A DNA stretch of 64,000 bases from assembly GCA_965218795.1 (NCBI GenBank), contig OZ244653.1, positions 320,001 to 384,000 of the forward strand, given 5' to 3'. The notes beneath the pieces are model-generated. The model was given only the letters and a program-made list of their open reading frames with translations. It had not been told where the DNA came from and made no database searches. This stretch comes from a bacterium (GTDB lineage: Bacteria > UBA8248 > JACPRG01 > G963555815). Numbering within the stretch: position 1 is the first letter of the stretch; the number at the start of each line of letters is the position of its first letter. Shown here one piece after another: positions 29,233-39,325 of the stretch. Position numbers and translations under genes: made by a program.

Positions 29233-31344
29233 ATGGATTCATTTTCGTTGAAGGCGATTGCGACAGAACTCGATACTTATCTGCGCGGCGGAACCATTGA
29301 AAAGGTCAGCCAACCCCAAAAATCGATGATCCTGCTGGAGATCAAGCCCCCCCGGCTCTCGAGCAGGGCTTCAAAGGAAATTTTTCAGTCTCTCCCCCGA
29401 CTCAGTCCGAAGAAACCCTTCCGCCTCCTGATCTCTGTAGATCACAAGTTGCCCAGAGTTCATCTGACAGGGTCGGAGTTCGAGAACCCGAAGACCGCTC
29501 CGCCGTTTTGTATGTTGTTGCGAAAGTATATTGTCGGAGGAAGGGTCGTGAGCATGACGCTTCGGGGTGTCGAGCGGGTTTTGAATCTGGTCGTTGAGAA
29601 AAGGGATCCCGTCGGCAGGATCCAGCGATTCACCCTGATCGGGGAGATAATGGGTCGCCACAGCAACTTGTTCGTCCTGGATTCCCGTACGGGGATCATC
29701 CTCGATGTTCTGAAACCGGTTTCTCCGTCCAAGAGCAGCGTCCGGGATCTGCAACGGAACGCCCCATACGCCTCCCCGCCGGAGCAGGAAAAAGAAGATC
29801 CCCTGAGCATCGGCGAGGACCGATTCATCGAGTTGAGCGAACGGGCTCGCAAGAGAAGCAAGGGGAAATCCGTCTCGCCCCGTTGGTTGGTGGACACGTT
29901 TGCGGGATTCAGTCCCGATGTGGCCGGCTACATCGCCGACGGGGGCAAGAAGGGTTCGTTATGGGAGGTTTTCCAGGACACTCGGGAACGGTTCCTGGAG
30001 GGACGGTTTTCGCCGGGCATCATGACCCTCGAGGAAGGCGATGAGGGGGCCTTGTGGGTTCTTCCGGTTCCCGAGGGTATGCGCCTCGGCCCTTTCAAGA
30101 GCGCAAATGCGGCGGCCGATGAGCTCTACGGCCGGTCTTGGCAAAACAAAAGACTGGAGGAGGCCCGGAGCGCTCTTCGCAAGAAAACGACCGTCGTGGT
30201 GAAGAGGAAGCGTAGAGCGGCGGAGCAGGTTCGAGGTGAAATGGCCCGTGCCGAAGAGGCGGATGCTCATCAGCGAAAGGGAGAGCTCCTGTTGACGAAC
30301 CTGGAATCCGTTCCCCGGGGCGTCGAGTCCATTCGACTGCGGGATTCGGTCAGCGGCGATGAAGTTGAGATTCCTCTGGACGTCAAGCTGAAACCCCAAC
30401 AAAACGCCGAGTGGTATTTCTCCCGAGCCAAGAAGCTTCGCCGCGCGGCCGGCCACGGCCGGGGCCGGCTGAAAGAGCTGGAGGGGGAGATCAGGAAATT
30501 TGAATCTCTCATTCGGCGGATGGATTCCGCGGAGGGGCTCGATTCCCTGGACCCCATCGCGACGGAGGTTCAGCAACTCTCCCAGGACAAGAAGGAGAAG
30601 GAATCGGTTCGGAAGAAGAGCGTCGAAGACAAATCCGATCGAGGTCGCAAAGGAGGCGGGGAGCCCGCCGAGAAGAGTCCCCAAAGAAAGAAGACGAGGG
30701 CCGAAGAAAAGTCGGGTGTTGCGGGTTCTCAGCCCCGCGCCGGGGAAAAAGATTCCGTCCAAAGAAAGCGTGTCGAGGGAATCGCCGCAGCGCAGCCGGG
30801 GAAGAAAGGAGACCGCTCCGACAAGTCCGATCAACCCGCCCCAAAAGACGGGACCCGTCGAAGTCTCGAGGACACCCGCACGCCGGAGGATCCTCCCAAG
30901 GCCGCGGCCACGAGAAAGAAATCGAGCGATTACCGAAGTTTCAATCTGGAGGGGGGCTGGGAGATTCTTGTGGGTAAAAACGATCGCGGCAACGATCACC
31001 TCCTCCGCCGGGTTGCGAAAGGAGAGGACCTTTGGTTGCATGCCCAGGGGTTGCCCGGCTCTCACGTGATCGTCCACCACGGGGAGCGAGGCCGGGAGGT
31101 TCCTCCCGACGTGGTGGAGAATGCCGCCCAGCTTGCCGCTTATTACAGCAAAGGGAAAACCTCGGGAAAACAAGCTGTCGATTATCTGCCCGTCAAGCGG
31201 CTGCGGCGGATCAAGGGGGGGAGGCCCGGTCAGGTGACCTTCAACGGCCAGCGGACCATTACGGTCTCACCCAACATCCCCCCGGGGTTGCGTGAATCCG
31301 GCAATCCGTCCCATGATCAGACGGCTGTTGACGAGGCTGTCTAA
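29233..31344 (+). CDS. rqcH: Rqc2/FbpA (NFACT) ribosome quality-control protein
   Basis: RBS AAGGAG; FCMLLRKY, EIMGRHSN, NAEWYF..AKK; NFACT-R motifs VGKN...ND, WLHAQGLPGSHV, AAYYS. Confidence 0.88.
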   Translation: MDSFSLKAIATELDTYLRGGTIEKVSQPQKSMILLEIKPPRLSSRASKEIFQSLPRLSPKKPFRLLISVDHKLPRVHLTGSEFENPKTAPPFCMLLRKYIVGGRVVSMTLRGVERVLNLVVEKRDPVGRIQRFTLIGEIMGRHSNLFVLDSRTGIILDVLKPVSPSKSSVRDLQRNAPYASPPEQEKEDPLSIGEDRFIELSERARKRSKGKSVSPRWLVDTFAGFSPDVAGYIADGGKKGSLWEVFQDTRERFLEGRFSPGIMTLEEGDEGALWVLPVPEGMRLGPFKSANAAADELYGRSWQNKRLEEARSALRKKTTVVVKRKRRAAEQVRGEMARAEEADAHQRKGELLLTNLESVPRGVESIRLRDSVSGDEVEIPLDVKLKPQQNAEWYFSRAKKLRRAAGHGRGRLKELEGEIRKFESLIRRMDSAEGLDSLDPIATEVQQLSQDKKEKESVRKKSVEDKSDRGRKGGGEPAEKSPQRKKTRAEEKSGVAGSQPRAGEKDSVQRKRVEGIAAAQPGKKGDRSDKSDQPAPKDGTRRSLEDTRTPEDPPKAAATRKKSSDYRSFNLEGGWEILVGKNDRGNDHLLRRVAKGEDLWLHAQGLPGSHVIVHHGERGREVPPDVVENAAQLAAYYSKGKTSGKQAVDYLPVKRLRRIKGGRPGQVTFNGQRTITVSPNIPPGLRESGNPSHDQTAVDEAV

Positions 31345-31427
31345 GTTCTGAATCCGTATCATCCGAAAACGGCACTCCGGGTTCAGGTTCCTCCGGGCCT
31401 TTTTGTGCGGAAGCAAGGAGGTAGGAA

Positions 31428-32315
31428 TTGTTCGCGTCTGCGCCCGTTCTCGCCCTCATCACGGCGTTTTGTATCGGAACGGCCGACTTCTCCACACATT
31501 ACGGTCTTCGCCACGTCAAGCCTTTGCGGGGCTCTTTCTTCGGCCTCTGCTTCCAATGGCTTACGACCCTGGTCATCCTCCTGATTCTGGGTGAATCCTG
31601 GGAGATCAAGGACTGGCGCGGGCCGATTTACTTCTTCTTGGCGGGAATCCTCCATCCCGGAGCCTTTTACGTTCTTCTCTTGATTTCCATTCAGCGTCTG
31701 GGCCCCGCCCGGGCCATCACGTTCAAGGGAACCTCTCCTTTCTGGGGCGTGGCTATTGCGGTGGCGTTTCTCGGGGAACGGCCGAACCTGGCGATCTATG
31801 CCGGACTGTTTCTGGTCGGGTTCGGCGTGATGTATCTGACCTCGGAGCGAAGCGGGAAGATCGGTGCGACCGAGCATGCGCTTTGGCCTCTGGCAGCGGC
31901 GTTTTTCTCCGGACTCGCCCCCAATCTGGCGAAAGTTGCGCTTCGTTATCTGGAGAGTCCCTTCCTCGGGGTCATCTTTGCGGTCGGAGGCGGGATCGTC
32001 GCAATCTTCATAGCCAACAGTCTGCTTTCCGGACGGGAGGAAGGTCAATTCTGGCTGAAGTCAGTTCCCCTGAACAGGGCTCTCCTGTTTTTGCCGCTTG
32101 GTTTTTTCTCGTCGATTGGATTTATCGTGTACTATTCCGCGCTGCAGGTCGGACAAGTAGCGGTTGTGATCCCATTGGTGCAAACGGCGCCCTTCTTCGC
32201 GATTATCCTGTCCCGACTGCTCATACAAAAACACGAGGGTGTGAACCTTCGTCTGGTCGTGTCGGCTGTCGCCGTCGTCCTTGGAGCCTTTTTCATTACG
32301 GTGGGCCGAGGCTGA
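31428..32315 (+). CDS. EamA/DMT family transporter (paralog 1)
   Basis: About 10 TM segments; LGPARA..., FLGERP; RBS GGAGG before TTG. Confidence 0.88.
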   Translation: MFASAPVLALITAFCIGTADFSTHYGLRHVKPLRGSFFGLCFQWLTTLVILLILGESWEIKDWRGPIYFFLAGILHPGAFYVLLLISIQRLGPARAITFKGTSPFWGVAIAVAFLGERPNLAIYAGLFLVGFGVMYLTSERSGKIGATEHALWPLAAAFFSGLAPNLAKVALRYLESPFLGVIFAVGGGIVAIFIANSLLSGREEGQFWLKSVPLNRALLFLPLGFFSSIGFIVYYSALQVGQVAVVIPLVQTAPFFAIILSRLLIQKHEGVNLRLVVSAVAVVLGAFFITVGRG

Positions 32316-32448
32316 GCCAGGCGCCCCTCACTCTGTTGCGTTCAGCTCCCCGGCCGGATTCTGTTGAGAGCGGCCGCGGGATTTTTTCTTCTTCCTTCGG
32401 CAATCGCCGACAGGCGGTCAAGAACCTCTTTTCCAATGGCCCGACTTC

Positions 32449-33327
32449 ATGGAAGCGACCCTCTTTGCTCTTTTGACCGCCGTGTGCATTGGAGCGGGAG
32501 ATTTTTCCGGACATTTCGGCCTCCGACACCTCAAGGCGCTTCCCGGCGCCTTCTTCGCCCTGTGCTTCCAACTCATCACGATTTCAATCGCGATCGTTCT
32601 GCTGATCTCTTGGGAGATTGCAGACTGGCGGGGGCCGGTCTTTATGCTGTTTTCCGGGATTCTCCACCCCGGGGTATTTTTCTTTGTGCTTCTTACGGCC
32701 ATCGATCGGCTGGGTCCGGCGCGCGCCGTGACCCTGAAGGCGACCTCCCCCTTTTTCGGGGTGGCCGTCGCAATCTTCCTCCTGGGAGAGCGGCCCGATT
32801 TTCAAGTATTCGCGGGCCTTTTTCTCGCCGGGGGAGGCGTCATGTACCTGTCCTCGGAGAAGAGAGAGAAGGTCTCGGGCAAGTGGGGCTTCATTTTCCC
32901 GCTCACCGCGGCTTTCCTGAGCGGACTCGCTCCCAACGTGGCCAAGATCGGTCTGCGATATCTGCCGAACCCCATGCTGGGACCTTTCTTCGCCGTCAGT
33001 GGCGGCATTGTAACGCTGTTCATCGTCAATACGTTTCTCTCGCGTGGCGAAGAAGGGGCTTTCTGGCTGTGGAACTCACCGGCCAAGGGCATTGTCATGT
33101 TCATCCCGATGGGCATACTTGCGGCCTCGGGATGGATTTTCTACTTTACGGCGCTCCTGTACGGTCCCGTCTCTCAAGTCATGCCGCTCGTTCACACGGC
33201 GCCATTCGTAGCGATGTTGCTCTCGAGAATCCTGATCCAGGAGCACGAGCGCGTGAATTTGCGACTGGTCTTATCGGCGCTCAGCATTTTTGCAGGCGTG
33301 TTCTTGATCACCATGGGGAAGGCGTGA
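32449..33327 (+). CDS. EamA/DMT family transporter (paralog 2)
   Basis: Same motifs as paralog 1 (GILHPG, SGLAPN, HERVNLRLV). Confidence 0.88.
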   Translation: MEATLFALLTAVCIGAGDFSGHFGLRHLKALPGAFFALCFQLITISIAIVLLISWEIADWRGPVFMLFSGILHPGVFFFVLLTAIDRLGPARAVTLKATSPFFGVAVAIFLLGERPDFQVFAGLFLAGGGVMYLSSEKREKVSGKWGFIFPLTAAFLSGLAPNVAKIGLRYLPNPMLGPFFAVSGGIVTLFIVNTFLSRGEEGAFWLWNSPAKGIVMFIPMGILAASGWIFYFTALLYGPVSQVMPLVHTAPFVAMLLSRILIQEHERVNLRLVLSALSIFAGVFLITMGKA

Positions 33328-33439
33328 ATACAGCCTTGGATTTTCGTTGTTTGCGGATTATCATGGAGACTCTTCCAGTCGGCTATCCCATCTGAAGACG
33401 GGACATTGGAACGATCCTCCAGAAGAAAGGGGGGAAGCG

Positions 33440-34282
33440 ATGACCTTTACACTGGCCCTGATTCAACCCATGGGCTACCCGCCGCCCGATGACGAGAACA
33501 ACGTGGCGGACGCGGTGGAATACGTCGAAAAGGCGGCCGCCGCGGGAGCCGAATTCGTTGTGTTTCCGGAATCCTATCCTGGCCCGTGGCGTATGCCCGC
33601 GACGTTCGATCCCACAGAGGCCATGACCGATGTGGCCAAGCGGTGCGGCGTCTACGTGCAGTACGGAAGCCTGGAGCCCATCGACGAGGAGGAACGAACC
33701 GCCTACAGCGTGGTGGTGCTGGCTCGACCGGGCGGAGGAACCCCGGGTCTTTACCGCAGGACGCACCCGCCGGGCCCGTGGATTTATACCGGGGGGCGGT
33801 ACTGGGATTACAACTACGTCGCGGGCGATGAGTTTCCCGTTTTCGAGACCGAGCACGGTGAGGCGGGTTTGGCGCTTTGCAGTGAGGTGTACATGCCCGA
33901 GGTGACCCGTGCGCTCGCCTTGCGCGGGGCGGAGATCCTTTTCCTTCCGGCGGGGGTCGACAAGCAGGCGCTTTGGGGGACGTGGCGGAACCTCATTTGG
34001 TCACGGGCCATCGAGAATCTCGCAGTGGTCGTGACGACCCAGAACCTTTTTACGCCGCGGGAAAAGGGACTCGCCATGGTCGCGACCCCCGAGGAAATCG
34101 TGTTCGAGACGACCCAGAGCGGTATGTTCCTGGTGGATGTCGATCTGGACCGGGTTCGGGAGTTGCGGGTGCTGAGGGATGAGGTCGATTCCATCAGCAT
34201 GAATGCGGCCAAGGCCGGCGTCCTGTCTCAATGGCAGCGGCCCGACATGTACGAGAAAATTTTTCCCAGCCCGACGGGCTAG
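33440..34282 (+). CDS. Carbon-nitrogen hydrolase (nitrilase superfamily) protein
   Basis: VVFPE, LCSEVYMPE, LRGAEILFLP, SRAIEN. Confidence 0.88.
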   Translation: MTFTLALIQPMGYPPPDDENNVADAVEYVEKAAAAGAEFVVFPESYPGPWRMPATFDPTEAMTDVAKRCGVYVQYGSLEPIDEEERTAYSVVVLARPGGGTPGLYRRTHPPGPWIYTGGRYWDYNYVAGDEFPVFETEHGEAGLALCSEVYMPEVTRALALRGAEILFLPAGVDKQALWGTWRNLIWSRAIENLAVVVTTQNLFTPREKGLAMVATPEEIVFETTQSGMFLVDVDLDRVRELRVLRDEVDSISMNAAKAGVLSQWQRPDMYEKIFPSPTG

Positions 34283-34343
34283 ACCATCCGCATAGCTGGC
34301 GAGGCACGCCGGAGGGCGCGCCGATTCAACCCGGGAAGGTGTC

Positions 34344-35222
34344 ATGTCCGCATCGGCGTTTGCCCTCCTGGCCGCGGTCATCATCGGGGTCGCAGAATTC
34401 CTTGCGCACTTTGGCCTCCGGCGAGTGAAGCCTCTCGCGGGCGTCTGGCTGGCCACGGGGTATGCAATCCCCACCCTGCTCGTTATTTTGGCTCTTCGCG
34501 GGCGATGGGGAGTCGGGGCCTGGGAGGGAGTCGCGCTGTTCGTCCTCGTCGGGATCCTCCATCCGGGCGGCTACTTTTTCGCGCTATTCAATGCCATTCA
34601 ACGGATCGGACCATCGCGGGCCATCACGATTCGGGCTACCTCCCCCCTGTTTGCCGTCGTCTTCGCAGTCGGATTTTTGGGCGAGAGGCCAACCCTCCCC
34701 GTGTATCTGGGTATTGTCCTGATCATCTTCGGCGTGATGTTCCTGACTTGGGGTGGAGAAAAAGTGAAGGCCCAGCGCACGGGGTGGTGGTTCGGAATTT
34801 TGGCCTCTTTCTTCTCTGGATTGGCCCCGGCCTTCACCAAAGGCGCGTTGCGATACTGGGACGACCCCATTTTGGGCGTATTGTTCGCGCTCATCAGCGG
34901 ATTGATCTGCATCACTGCGGTCAATTCCTTTGTCGAGCGAACGTCCGAGGAGGGCCTGTGGGTACGGACCATTCCCTCCAGGGCCTATCTCCTGTTCCTC
35001 CCCACCGGAATCTTGACGGGCGCGGCGTATAGCTCCTGGTTCTTCGCCCTCTCATTGGGTCCCGTCTCCACAGTCATCCCGATCATGCAGATGTCGCCGC
35101 TGTTCGCCATCCTGATGTCCCGATTCTTTCTTCAAAAGGAAGAACGCGTCAACACGCGGCTTGTGACGTCCGCGCTCGTGATCATTTGCGGGGCCGTACT
35201 CATCACGCTGGGGCGCGCATGA
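34344..35222 (+). CDS. EamA/DMT family transporter (paralog 3)
   Basis: HFGLR, GILHPG, IGPSRAITI, FLGERP. Confidence 0.88.
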   Translation: MSASAFALLAAVIIGVAEFLAHFGLRRVKPLAGVWLATGYAIPTLLVILALRGRWGVGAWEGVALFVLVGILHPGGYFFALFNAIQRIGPSRAITIRATSPLFAVVFAVGFLGERPTLPVYLGIVLIIFGVMFLTWGGEKVKAQRTGWWFGILASFFSGLAPAFTKGALRYWDDPILGVLFALISGLICITAVNSFVERTSEEGLWVRTIPSRAYLLFLPTGILTGAAYSSWFFALSLGPVSTVIPIMQMSPLFAILMSRFFLQKEERVNTRLVTSALVIICGAVLITLGRA

Positions 35223-36820
35223 CATCCTCCGAACCTCGTCAAAAATTGCCTTACTTTGTCCGGGGGGATCTGGACGGGTTCTTCGGTCTGCTGCTCGATA
35301 ACCTCGTCAATATGATGCTCATCGTCAGCCTGTGCACTGGCCTGCTGGGCATGCCCCCGTCGCTGGTGTTCGGTCGGATCCTGCCCGGCGCGGCGGTATC
35401 CATCCTTCTGGGCAACCTCTTTTACGCCTGGCAGGCACGGCGTGTGGCCCTCCGCCACGGGCGGGATGATGTGACCGCCTTGCCGTACGGCATCAACACG
35501 GTGTCCTTCTTTGCCTTTATCTTTTTCATCATGCTCCCGGTGTATCGGGCGACGGGGGACGGGGTGCTGGCGTGGAGGGTCGGGCTGCTGGCCTGCTTCG
35601 TGAGCGGCTTGATCGAGTTCTTGGGGGCTTTCATCGGAGAATGGATTCGCAGGATGACGCCGCGGGCAGCGCTGCTCTCGACACTCGCGGGAATTGCCGT
35701 GACGTTCATCGCGGTCGAGTTCGCATTCAAGATATTTGAGTCGCCCCTCGTCGCCTTGGTACCTCTGGCCATTCTGCTCCTGCAATACCTCTCCCGGGTG
35801 ACCCTTCCGTGGAAGCTGCCGGCGGGTCTCTGGGCCGTCGCGGTCGGAACGGCTTTGGCCTGGGCGCTGGGCGAAGTCAGGGGGGGAGAAGGGGAGATGG
35901 GCGCAGGGATTTTCCCGCCCGTATCCTCCGTCGGGGACCTTTTCTCCACCATGACGGGGGGCAACCTGTTGCCCTATCTGGCGGTCATCATCCCGATGGG
36001 CGTGATGAACGTCGTGGGTTCCTTGATGAATATCGAAAGCGCGGAGGCCGGCGGCGATCCGTTTGACACCCGCTCCTCTCTGGCCGTCAACGGGATCGGA
36101 AGCGTCCTGGGCTCGCTGCTGGGGAGCTGTTTTCCCACGACGATTTACATCGGCCACCCCGGATGGAAGGCCTTGGGGGCGCGGACGGGGTATTCGACGT
36201 TGAACGGTGTGGTCATCACGGTTCTGTGTCTGACGGGTACCGTTCATTGGGTCTTCGCCGGCGTGCCGCAGGCGGCCGCGATCGGCATTCTGGTCTGGAT
36301 TGGCATCGTGATGGTCGCCCAGGCGTTTCAGAGCGTGCCCGGCCGTCACGCGCCCGCGGTGGCTGTGGGTCTGTTCCCGGCGCTGGCCGCTTGGGGGCTG
36401 CTGTTGGTTCAGGGCGCCCTGGAGTTGGCGGGAACGTCCCTGTCCGCGCTCGGCCGGAAGGCTTTCGAGGGGTCGCTGGCGATTCGCGGTATGATTGTTC
36501 TGGAGCGCGGGTTCCTGTTCAGCTCGATGATCCTCGCGGCCATCTCGGTGTTTCTGACTGACCGCCGGTTTCGGACGGCGTCCGGGTGGGCGCTCTGTGC
36601 CGCAGTCTTATCGTTCTTCGGCGTGATTCACGCCTACGAGATTGCCCCCGGGGGAGTCGTCAGCCGGTTCGGCTTCGCCGTCGCGCCGCGCATTGCGCTG
36701 GGCTATCTTTTGATGTCCGCGCTTTTTTTCGGCGTTGGGCTCTGGTGGGGGAAGAAAGAACCGGGGAGCTGGCCGGAAGACTCAATCAACTCGAAGCTCG
36801 ATAGAAGGCCCGAGGGATAA
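35219..36820 (+). CDS. NCS2/AzgA-like xanthine/uracil-family permease
   Basis: GDLDGFFGL, VTALPYGINT, ESAEAGGD, PTTIYIGHPGWKALGAR; polytopic. Confidence 0.85.
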   Translation: MTSSEPRQKLPYFVRGDLDGFFGLLLDNLVNMMLIVSLCTGLLGMPPSLVFGRILPGAAVSILLGNLFYAWQARRVALRHGRDDVTALPYGINTVSFFAFIFFIMLPVYRATGDGVLAWRVGLLACFVSGLIEFLGAFIGEWIRRMTPRAALLSTLAGIAVTFIAVEFAFKIFESPLVALVPLAILLLQYLSRVTLPWKLPAGLWAVAVGTALAWALGEVRGGEGEMGAGIFPPVSSVGDLFSTMTGGNLLPYLAVIIPMGVMNVVGSLMNIESAEAGGDPFDTRSSLAVNGIGSVLGSLLGSCFPTTIYIGHPGWKALGARTGYSTLNGVVITVLCLTGTVHWVFAGVPQAAAIGILVWIGIVMVAQAFQSVPGRHAPAVAVGLFPALAAWGLLLVQGALELAGTSLSALGRKAFEGSLAIRGMIVLERGFLFSSMILAAISVFLTDRRFRTASGWALCAAVLSFFGVIHAYEIAPGGVVSRFGFAVAPRIALGYLLMSALFFGVGLWWGKKEPGSWPEDSINSKLDRRPEG

Positions 36821-36841
36821 TCCCTTTTGAGGGGTCAGCGC

Positions 36842-37456
36842 ATGCCCGATGAGATGAACCGGAAGGATTTCCTGAAGAAAGGATGGATGGGCCTGTTCGC
36901 GCCCTTCTTCCAGGAGGTGGACAAGGACGCATGGCTCCCCCCGGAGGATTTTACGGAACCCAGCCGCCCCATGCGGCCTCCGGGGGCGATCCGGGAGCCC
37001 GAATTCCTCGAGACCTGCCACCGCTGTGGAAAGTGCGTCGAAGCCTGTCCCGCCGACGCCATCCGTCTCGCCTACGATGGTGAGGCCCTGCCCGCGCAGA
37101 CCCCCATTGTCGTCGCCGCTGAGTCCCCCTGCGTGGTTTGCGATTCGCTGGCCTGTATGGACACGTGTCCTTCGGGGGCGCTTCTGCCTGTGCCCCGTGA
37201 ATCCATCAAAATGGGCGTGGCCCGCGTCAACAGGGAAACCTGTTTTGCGTGGAACGGGGAAGATCCGGAATGCCAGGTCTGCGTCGATATGTGCCCGTTC
37301 AAGGGCTCCGCAATCACGATAGACGATTCGAGCCCGGACGGCACGACGGGTCCCGTGGTTCACGATGAAGCATGCACGGGGTGCGGCGCTTGCGAGTACT
37401 ACTGCCCTGATGGGCGATCGGCCATCATCGTCGACCCGCTCATCAGGCGCACCTGA
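36842..37456 (+). CDS. MauM/NapG-family 4Fe-4S ferredoxin
   Basis: RPPGA, C-x2-CGKC-x3-CP, further Cys clusters, CTGCGAC; N-terminus MNRKDFLK. Confidence 0.85.
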   Translation: MPDEMNRKDFLKKGWMGLFAPFFQEVDKDAWLPPEDFTEPSRPMRPPGAIREPEFLETCHRCGKCVEACPADAIRLAYDGEALPAQTPIVVAAESPCVVCDSLACMDTCPSGALLPVPRESIKMGVARVNRETCFAWNGEDPECQVCVDMCPFKGSAITIDDSSPDGTTGPVVHDEACTGCGACEYYCPDGRSAIIVDPLIRRT

Positions 37457-37486
37457 TCCTCACCATTTTATTGTATTCGGAAATAA

Positions 37487-39208
37487 TCAGGCGGATTCAG
37501 ACGAGGTGGAGAGGCCCTTGATCGTCATTTCCAACTCTTCGTAGATCTCCCTCATCTCGTCCTTGATTGTAGCCGGCAGGTGACTCAGACGCTCCCTGGC
37601 GTCGGCGAGGACTTGGGCCGCATGCGCCAACCCTTCCTGCCGTTCCTGCTGATACGCCTCGCGCACTCGCTGGATGGCCGTTCGGACAAAACCGCTGAAT
37701 TCGGCCGCGGCCAGCCTTTCCTGCGTCAGCTCGTAGAAATGCAGGCCGACGATCCCCTGCCGGACGCCGTCGACGAACCGGGAGGGATACTTGCAGAGTA
37801 TGCGGAAGAGAAACTTTCCATACGACCAGCCGTATTTCGAGGTTGGAATCATCAGGAGGGACCTCAGGAAGGCCCAGAACCTGCGGAAGGTGAAGGGCGC
37901 GTTGGCGATGAGGTTGCCTTCCAGGTTCTCGTACATGGTTTCGACCCTGCGGAAGTAGTTCTCCGGCTTCCCGTAGATTTCATGCAGGACGTTCTTGTAC
38001 GCTTTCACCAGGGCGTCCGGATCCTGGATCGTCCGGAAATTGAATGCGAATTCAAAGGTGTTGTTGCCTTCGCGTGTGGCGTCGGTCTCCAGGAGGCGAT
38101 CTTCATCTTTGAGCCGGTCGTACAGGGGGCTGCTCGGTATGGCCGTCAGCAGGCCGGCCATGGCGACGGGAACCCCCGAGTCCTGAATGAAGTCAATCAG
38201 GTGACGGTCGATATCGAGGGGGTCGTTGTCGAACCCGATGATGAAGCCGGCCATGACTTCCATTCCGGCCTTCTGGATCTTATGGACGGATTCCAGGAGA
38301 TCGTATTTGACGTTCTGAAGCTTCTTGGTTTCCTTCAGGCTGTCGTCGATGGGCGTCTCAATGCCCAGGAATACGCTGTCGAACCCGGCCTCATTCATGA
38401 GTTCCATCAGTTCCTCGTCCCCCGCCAGATTGACGCTGGCCTGGGTGTAGAACTGAAAGGCCATGTCGTGCTTTTTCTGCCACTCGATCACGTGAGGCAG
38501 GATCTGCCGGCAGGATTTCTTGTTCCCGATGAAGTTGTCATCCACCCAGAACACACTGCCGCGCCAATTCCGCGCGTAGATGAGATCAAGCTCCTCCAGC
38601 GTGCGCTCGATCGATTTGTAGCGGGTCGTCTTGCCGAAAAGGGTCGGAATGTCGCAGAACTCACACTTGAAGGGGCACCCGCGCGACATTTGCAGGGCCA
38701 TTGATACATAGTTCTTCATGTTCAGGATGTCGTAGCGGGGGAGCGGGGCCTCGCTGATACCCGGCGAATCGTCTCGAAGATCCAACACGATGCGCTCGTC
38801 CGCCTTGAGAATTTCGTTCAGGCCATTGAGAAAAGTCGGGCTTTCCGCCTCACCCAGAACCAGATGGGCCTCGGGGGGAAGCTCCTGGCTGGAGGACGTG
38901 GCGTCCGGTCCGCCGATGACGACGGGCACGCCGGCCTTCCCGCACCGGCGGACGATCTCCTGGACATAGGGGCGTTGGATCATCATCCCGCCGGTCAGGA
39001 CGATATCCGCCCAGCCGAGGTCGCGGTCGGACAGATTCTGAACGTTCTGATCGACCAGCCGAACCTCGTAATCCTCGGGCAGCATCCCCGCCACGGTCAA
39101 AAGACCCAGGGGGGGGTGCGTCGCGCGGATTCCCAGAAATCGGAGCGCCCTCTGATAGCCCCAGAAAGTCTCCGGGAAGTTCGGGTAGATCATCAAGACT
39201 CGCGGCAT
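37487..39208 (-). CDS. B12-binding radical SAM protein (DUF4070-type C-terminus)
   Basis: PPLGLLTVA B12-binding domain, SRGCPFKCEFC, VDDNFIGN, GFIIGFDND. Confidence 0.9.
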   Translation of the reverse strand: MPRVLMIYPNFPETFWGYQRALRFLGIRATHPPLGLLTVAGMLPEDYEVRLVDQNVQNLSDRDLGWADIVLTGGMMIQRPYVQEIVRRCGKAGVPVVIGGPDATSSSQELPPEAHLVLGEAESPTFLNGLNEILKADERIVLDLRDDSPGISEAPLPRYDILNMKNYVSMALQMSRGCPFKCEFCDIPTLFGKTTRYKSIERTLEELDLIYARNWRGSVFWVDDNFIGNKKSCRQILPHVIEWQKKHDMAFQFYTQASVNLAGDEELMELMNEAGFDSVFLGIETPIDDSLKETKKLQNVKYDLLESVHKIQKAGMEVMAGFIIGFDNDPLDIDRHLIDFIQDSGVPVAMAGLLTAIPSSPLYDRLKDEDRLLETDATREGNNTFEFAFNFRTIQDPDALVKAYKNVLHEIYGKPENYFRRVETMYENLEGNLIANAPFTFRRFWAFLRSLLMIPTSKYGWSYGKFLFRILCKYPSRFVDGVRQGIVGLHFYELTQERLAAAEFSGFVRTAIQRVREAYQQERQEGLAHAAQVLADARERLSHLPATIKDEMREIYEELEMTIKGLSTSSESA

Positions 39209-39325
39209 GATTTCTCCTGTTCGCAGACTTTATACACGGGTTTCTCGCTTCCCCCCAGTATCTCAATGGTTCCACGGTTGTACGGCCAGCGCAGAGACAA
39301 AGGCGGGCTGACAGTTGCGACGGGG

